A DNA stretch of 64,000 nucleotides from an uncultured Muribaculaceae bacterium (lineage in GTDB: Bacteria; Bacillota_I; Bacilli_A; RF39; UBA660), in the NCBI GenBank assembly GCA_964407685.1, contig CAYOWI010000001.1, positions 34,169 to 98,168 of the forward strand, written 5' to 3'. The position numbers and the translations under genes were made by a program. This document shows positions 60,048-64,000 of this stretch, piece by piece. The notes beneath the pieces were generated by a model. That model had not been told where the DNA came from, did not search any database, and saw nothing but the letters and a program-made list of their open reading frames with translations. How positions within the stretch are numbered: the first letter of the stretch is position 1; the number at the start of each line of letters is the position of its first letter.

Positions 60048-60641
60048 ATGAAGATTAAGTCTTTTAATGAAAAATATGAAAAAAAGGTAAAAAAAATAGA
60101 TAAAATTCCTAAGAAGTTTGTTGATTACAAATGGGTGGTAACAATAACGATTTGTGCTTTTTTTATATCATTATTATTTTCTAGTTTAACCGATGCTATG
60201 ATATCACACCTAAACGCTATCATTGGTATTGTTATAGTTTTTTTAATTATTATTGTAGGTGTTATGTTTGATATGATTGGTGTTGCCGTAACCGCCGCGT
60301 CTATAAAACCCTTTAACTCCATGGCATCTAAGAAAATAAGGGGAAGTAAAACCGCTATTTTTTTAATACGCAATGCTTCTCGGGTTTCGGCGTTTTGCAA
60401 TGATGTTGTAGGGGATGTATGTGGTATAATTTCTGGTTCGGTTGGAATTCTTATTTCATCAGAGATTGCTTTAGAATTTAACTTTAATACTGGATTTGTA
60501 AGTCTTATTTTAACCGCTCTTATCGCTGCTTTTACGATTGGTGGAAAAGCAATGGCAAAGAGTTATGCAATCAATAAAAGTGACGTAATAGTTTTTAGGT
60601 TTGCTAAGATAGTTAGTTTTTTTAAAGGGGAGGTAAAATAA
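60048..60641 (+). CDS. Four-TM small membrane protein (~22 kDa), candidate OapA-like ncRNA partner
   Basis: ACGGAGG ribosome-binding site. Four predicted TM helices. Lies immediately downstream of the ncRNA. Confidence 0.55.
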   Translation: MKIKSFNEKYEKKVKKIDKIPKKFVDYKWVVTITICAFFISLLFSSLTDAMISHLNAIIGIVIVFLIIIVGVMFDMIGVAVTAASIKPFNSMASKKIRGSKTAIFLIRNASRVSAFCNDVVGDVCGIISGSVGILISSEIALEFNFNTGFVSLILTALIAAFTIGGKAMAKSYAINKSDVIVFRFAKIVSFFKGEVK

Positions 60642-60643
60642 AA

Positions 60644-61642
60644 ATGAAAGTTTTGTTATATTCGGAAGGTCTAAAGACGATTGGAAAATCAGGACTTGGA
60701 AAAGCTATTAAACATCAAATGAAAGCGTTAGAATATGAAAAGATAAGTTATACTTTAAATCCTAATGATGATTATGATATTTTACATATTAATACTTATT
60801 TTCCAAAATCTTACTTTTTTGCGAAGAAAGCTAAAAAAATGGGTAAAAAAATAGTTTATCATGCACATTCTACAGAGGAAGATTATAAAAATGGTTTTAT
60901 CTTTGCAAAGCAAACGTCTAAATTATTTAAAAAATGGCTTATCAAATGTTATAGCTTAGGAGATGTAATAGTAACACCTACGCCATATTCAAAAAAACTT
61001 TTAAAAGGATATAAAGGTTTAGAAGATAAAACCATATATGATGTATCTAACGGTATTGAACTTGAGTTTTTTAAAAAGGATAAAAAGCTTGGAGAAAAGT
61101 TTCGTAAGACTTATGGATATACTAAAGATGATAAGGTTATATTTGGGATAGGGTTATATATAGAGAGAAAAGGAATTACCGACTTTGTAGAACTTGCAAA
61201 AAGATTACCACAATATAAATTTATATGGTTTGGTTATAGCCCTTTAGCTGCTACTACAAAAAAGGTTAGAAAAGCTGTGAATACAAAGTTAGATAATTTA
61301 ACGTTTGCAGGCTACGTAGAACCAGATGTAATAAAGGGGGCTATGAATGGTGGCGATTTATATCTTTTCCCAACGCTTGAGGAAACAGAGGGAATTCCTA
61401 TTATTGAAGCCTGTGCATGTAAAAAAGATGCTATTGTAAGAGATATCCCAATCTTTGATGATTGGCTTACCAACGAAGTAAACGTATATAAGGCAAAAGA
61501 CTTAGATGATTTTGAAAAAAAGATAAAAATGTTTTTTTCAGGTAAGCTTCCTAGTGTTGCAGAAAAATCTTATGAAGTTGCTAAAGAAAGAGACTTAAAG
61601 AAAATTGGCAAAAAATTAAAGAAAATATATGAGAGCTTATAA
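60644..61642 (+). CDS. Glycosyltransferase family 4 (possibly a glycolipid/diglucosyl-diacylglycerol-type synthase)
   Basis: GT-B fold. C-terminal EETEGIPIIEACACKK (E-x7-E-like). Confidence 0.65.
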   Translation: MKVLLYSEGLKTIGKSGLGKAIKHQMKALEYEKISYTLNPNDDYDILHINTYFPKSYFFAKKAKKMGKKIVYHAHSTEEDYKNGFIFAKQTSKLFKKWLIKCYSLGDVIVTPTPYSKKLLKGYKGLEDKTIYDVSNGIELEFFKKDKKLGEKFRKTYGYTKDDKVIFGIGLYIERKGITDFVELAKRLPQYKFIWFGYSPLAATTKKVRKAVNTKLDNLTFAGYVEPDVIKGAMNGGDLYLFPTLEETEGIPIIEACACKKDAIVRDIPIFDDWLTNEVNVYKAKDLDDFEKKIKMFFSGKLPSVAEKSYEVAKERDLKKIGKKLKKIYESL

Positions 61643-61666
61643 TACCCTATTTAGGGTACTTTTTTT
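61643..61666 (+). terminator. Intrinsic terminator TACCCTA-TTT-AGGGTA + T7
   Basis: Seen in sequence directly after the stop codon. Confidence 0.65.
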
Positions 61667-61791
61667 ATGCTTTAAGAGTGTTTTTAAGTAAAAATAGAAT
61701 AATTAAATAGGAGGTGGAAGAAAGGTATGATTTCAAATATTTATATTTAAATTATTAAAATACATGTTAATAATTTGGAAAGGGATTATTT

Positions 61792-62802
61792 ATGTTACAA
61801 AAAATTAATATGAAAATGATTGAAGAAATAAAAGATGTAATTACAAGTAGCAGAAATAAAATAGCTTATGAAGTAAATAATACGATGCTGCTAGCGTATT
61901 GGAATGTTGGTAGAATTATTGTGGAAAATGAACAAAATGGAAATATTAAAGCCGAATATGGCAAAAAAGTTTTAAAAGAGCTTTCAAAAGAATTACGGAA
62001 AATTTTAGGATCAGGTTTTTCAGTATCGAATCTTCAATATATGCGTAGATTTTATCTAAAATATCAAAAACAACAGACACTGTCTGTTAAATTGAGCTAG
62101 TCACATTATTGTGAGCTATTAAGCATTGAAAATGATGATGAAAGATGTTTTTATGAAAGGGAATGTATAAATTCTAACTGGAGTGTTAGGGAATTAAAAA
62201 GACAATTAGAAACATCATTATTTGAAAGATTATTATTATCTAATGGAAAAAATAATAAAAAGAAAATTTATGAATTATCAAAAGTTGGACAAACAATGGC
62301 AAAACCTAATGATATTTTAAAAGAACCATATGTTTTTTAATTTTTAGGTATTAAAGAAACTAAACCTATTCTTGAAAAAGACTTAGAAAGAAAATTAGTA
62401 AAACACATGGAAGAGTTTTTGTTAGAATTGGGTAAAGGGTTTATGTTTATTGGTATTCAGCAAAGAATAACTCTTGGAAATACTCATTATTATGTAGATA
62501 TGGTTTTTTATAATAAGATTTTAAAATGCTATGTTTTAATTGACTTAAAAATAGGAGGGATGAAACCAGAATATGCTGGTCAAATGAATATGTATTTAAA
62601 TTATTATACTGAAGAGATTAATGATGAATTTGATAATAAACCGATCGGTATTATACTTTGTAAAAGTAAAAAAGAAGTTGCTATGGAATATGCTTTAGGA
62701 GGATTATCAAATAACGTTTTTGCATCAACTTATACTTATTATATTCCAAATAAATATGAGTTAATTAAAGAAGTTGAGAAAGTTTTAAATGATAGTTATT
62801 AA
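61792..62802 (+). pseudogene. DUF1016/YhcG-like gene (copy 3 of 4) disrupted by in-frame TAG (62098) and TAA (62338)
   Basis: SVKLS*SHYCELLSIENDDE aligns with VADLTWSHYIILLSIENEDE of copy 1 (TGG to TAG at the W codon). C-terminal PD-(D/E)XK-like region YVLIDLKIGGMKPEYAGQMNMYLNYY. Confidence 0.6.
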
Positions 62803-63152
62803 ACCTTAGATGATTTGATATTTGAAATAAAAAAGTAAAAGATAATATTATCTCTTACAATTATTGTTTCTATTACAATTACAGTTACAGTTGTTATTAT
62901 TACAAAAACAAGAAAATATAGCGTTTATAACTATAAATAATAAAGCAAATGGTAATAGAATTATGCAAACTGGTATAAAAAATATAAATAGTATTAAAAA
63001 TATACACCACATAATTATTTCAACTCCTATTAAATTAGATGAAGCAAAAATAAACTTGACGATAATATAATACTATGTTTAATTAAATAAAATAAATATT
63101 CATAATTATTAAATATATGATATAATTTATTTAGTTGTTTGGAGGTATTATA

Positions 63153-63860
63153 ATGGATAATAAAATCCCAAAACACGTTGCTATAATAATGGATGGGAAC
63201 GGAAGATGGGCACAAAAAAGAGGTTTAAAACGTACTAGGGGCCATCAAAAAGGCGCAGAAGCTCTAAAAAAAATATCAGAGTACGTTTATGATAAAAATA
63301 TTAAAGTTTTAAGTGTTTTTGCGTTTTCTACTGAAAACTGGAAAAGAGATAAAGAGGAAGTTGATTATTTAATGGATCTTTTCATTAAAGCTTTTAAAGA
63401 AAACTTTGATGTAGTTAAGAAAAAAGGCGTTAAAGTTATTTTTTCGGGAGTTAAGGATAAATTAAGTGAAAAAGTAATAAACTCAATGAAAAGGATGACC
63501 GAAGAAACTAAAGATAATACTAATGGCATTTTTAACATATGTTTAAACTATGGTGGTCAAGATGAAATAATAAATGCTACTAAAAAAATTAGTAAAGACG
63601 TTAAAGATGGAATTATAGATTATAATGATATAAACCAAGATTTATTCAGTAAATACTTATTTAATGATTTGCCGCCAATTGATTTGCTTATTAGAACAAG
63701 TGGTGAATATAGAATTAGTAATTTTATGTTATGGCAAATGGCTTATGCGGAGCTTTATTTTACTGATATTTTATGGCCCGATTTTGATGAAAAGGAAATG
63801 GATAAGGCAATAGACTCTTATAATAAAAGAGATAGAAGGTTTGGAAGCGTTAAGAAATAG
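63153..63860 (+). CDS. uppS: Undecaprenyl-diphosphate synthase (isoprenyl transferase)
   Basis: HVAIIMDGNGRWA, FSTENWKR and the C-terminal RFG motif. GGAGG ribosome-binding site. Confidence 0.9.
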   Translation: MDNKIPKHVAIIMDGNGRWAQKRGLKRTRGHQKGAEALKKISEYVYDKNIKVLSVFAFSTENWKRDKEEVDYLMDLFIKAFKENFDVVKKKGVKVIFSGVKDKLSEKVINSMKRMTEETKDNTNGIFNICLNYGGQDEIINATKKISKDVKDGIIDYNDINQDLFSKYLFNDLPPIDLLIRTSGEYRISNFMLWQMAYAELYFTDILWPDFDEKEMDKAIDSYNKRDRRFGSVKK

Positions 63861-63878
63861 GAAACTATTTCTTTTTTT
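63854..63878 (+). terminator. Intrinsic terminator GAAATAG-GAAAC-TATTTC + T7
   Basis: Overlaps the uppS stop codon. Confidence 0.55.
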
Positions 63879-63930
63879 AGCGTGTTTTTAAAAGTTAAGA
63901 GGAATAATTATATTGGAAGGAGTAATTGAA

Positions 63931-64000
63931 ATGGATTACTATAACAATATAAAACAAGAACTAATAAATAACGAAACATATAAAAAAGTAAAAGATTATT
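63931..64000 (+). CDS. 5' end of a further DUF1016/YhcG-like gene (copy 4), truncated by the window edge
   Basis: MDYYNNIKQELINNETYKKVKDY... is almost identical to the N-terminus of the 18709 copy. Confidence 0.5.
   Translation, partial: MDYYNNIKQELINNETYKKVKDY

Noticed and set aside
18849-62340. Possibility that the in-frame stops in the DUF1016 copies and dinD reflect an alternative genetic code (stop-codon reassignment)
   Set aside because: The interrupting codons are a mix of TAG and TAA, and dinD also carries a frameshift. All other genes terminate normally at TAA/TAG/TGA. Pseudogenisation explains the data better.
62864-63215. ORFs 62864-63070 (+) and 63030-63215 (-) between the YhcG-like pseudogene and uppS
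   Set aside because: Low-complexity translations in an AT-rich intergenic/promoter region. No ribosome-binding site. Short direct repeats (TTACAATTA, ACAGTT) there are noted only as possible binding sites.
1-64000. CRISPR arrays, rRNA/tRNA genes, transposases or integrases
   Set aside because: No regularly spaced direct repeats were seen. There are no tRNA-like cloverleaf segments or rRNA-like conserved blocks. No ORF resembles a transposase or recombinase. The only mobile-like signatures are the tandem peptide cassette and the direct-repeat-bracketed 3-kb cassette.

Overview
This is an AT-rich (~27% GC) chromosomal segment from a Firmicutes (Clostridia-like) bacterium, and almost all genes lie on the + strand. 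The tyrosine-kinase module order, T-box control of trpS and low GC support that placement. Every protein call below comes from motif recognition by eye; nothing was searched against a database.

**Left end (1-10.7 kb).** A 5'-partial RelA/SpoT-family protein stops just after its TGS domain. It is followed by a tightly packed seven-gene operon, apparently undescribed, that is preceded by an 18-aa small ORF with a strong ribosome-binding site and a perfect 15-bp inverted repeat. The operon encodes:
- a protein whose C-terminal domain resembles a C39-type Cys peptidase;
- a small basic protein;
- an azoline-type YcaO that ends in the C-terminal PxPxP motif;
- a Lnu-like nucleotidyltransferase;
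- a radical SAM enzyme with a Cys-rich SPASM/twitch-like tail;
- a Nudix hydrolase;
- an S51 peptidase.

Downstream are a T-box-controlled trpS, a GNAT acetyltransferase behind a terminator-containing leader, and a second S51 peptidase.

**Middle (10.7-61.7 kb).** After a sensor protein with a degenerate GGDEF domain comes a roughly 47-kb mosaic cell-envelope glycopolymer super-locus. It contains:
- two LCP attachment enzymes and a tyrosine-kinase module (modulator, kinase, phosphatase);
- a CapD-like dehydratase, a DegT-family aminotransferase and a PglC-type initiating transferase;
- several GT2 and GT4 glycosyltransferases, two Wzy-like polymerases and a Wzx flippase;
- a TupA-like ATP-grasp protein, a UDP-glucuronate 4-epimerase, UDP-glucose dehydrogenase and a GHMP sugar kinase;
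- an LTA synthase, a YfhO protein paired with GtrB/CsbB-type GT2 enzymes, Alg14/Alg13-like proteins and a TagO/WecA-type priming transferase.

Several elements interrupt this locus:
- a HigB/HigA pair followed by an ImmA-family metallopeptidase;
- a nonsense- and frameshift-disrupted dinD;
- four pseudogenised or fragmentary copies of a DUF1016/YhcG-like nuclease gene that sit at module boundaries;
- a ~75-bp direct repeat, carrying a terminator, that brackets a 3-kb cassette of three genes.

**Other notable items.**
- A ~335-bp tandem duplication, each copy encoding a 26-aa hydrophobic peptide with its own promoter, ribosome-binding site and terminator, flanked by ~30-bp inverted repeats.
- A dockerin-bearing SH3b plus GH73 glucosaminidase encoded next to a membrane-anchored protein with a cohesin-like domain.
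- A ~600-nt GC-enriched structured non-coding RNA with its own promoter and terminator, lying upstream of a 4-TM ~22 kDa membrane protein. The arrangement resembles OLE RNA with OapA, or a ROOL-class RNA.

The number of decayed genes (a truncated RelA/SpoT-family gene, dinD and four DUF1016 copies) suggests ongoing gene loss in this lineage.
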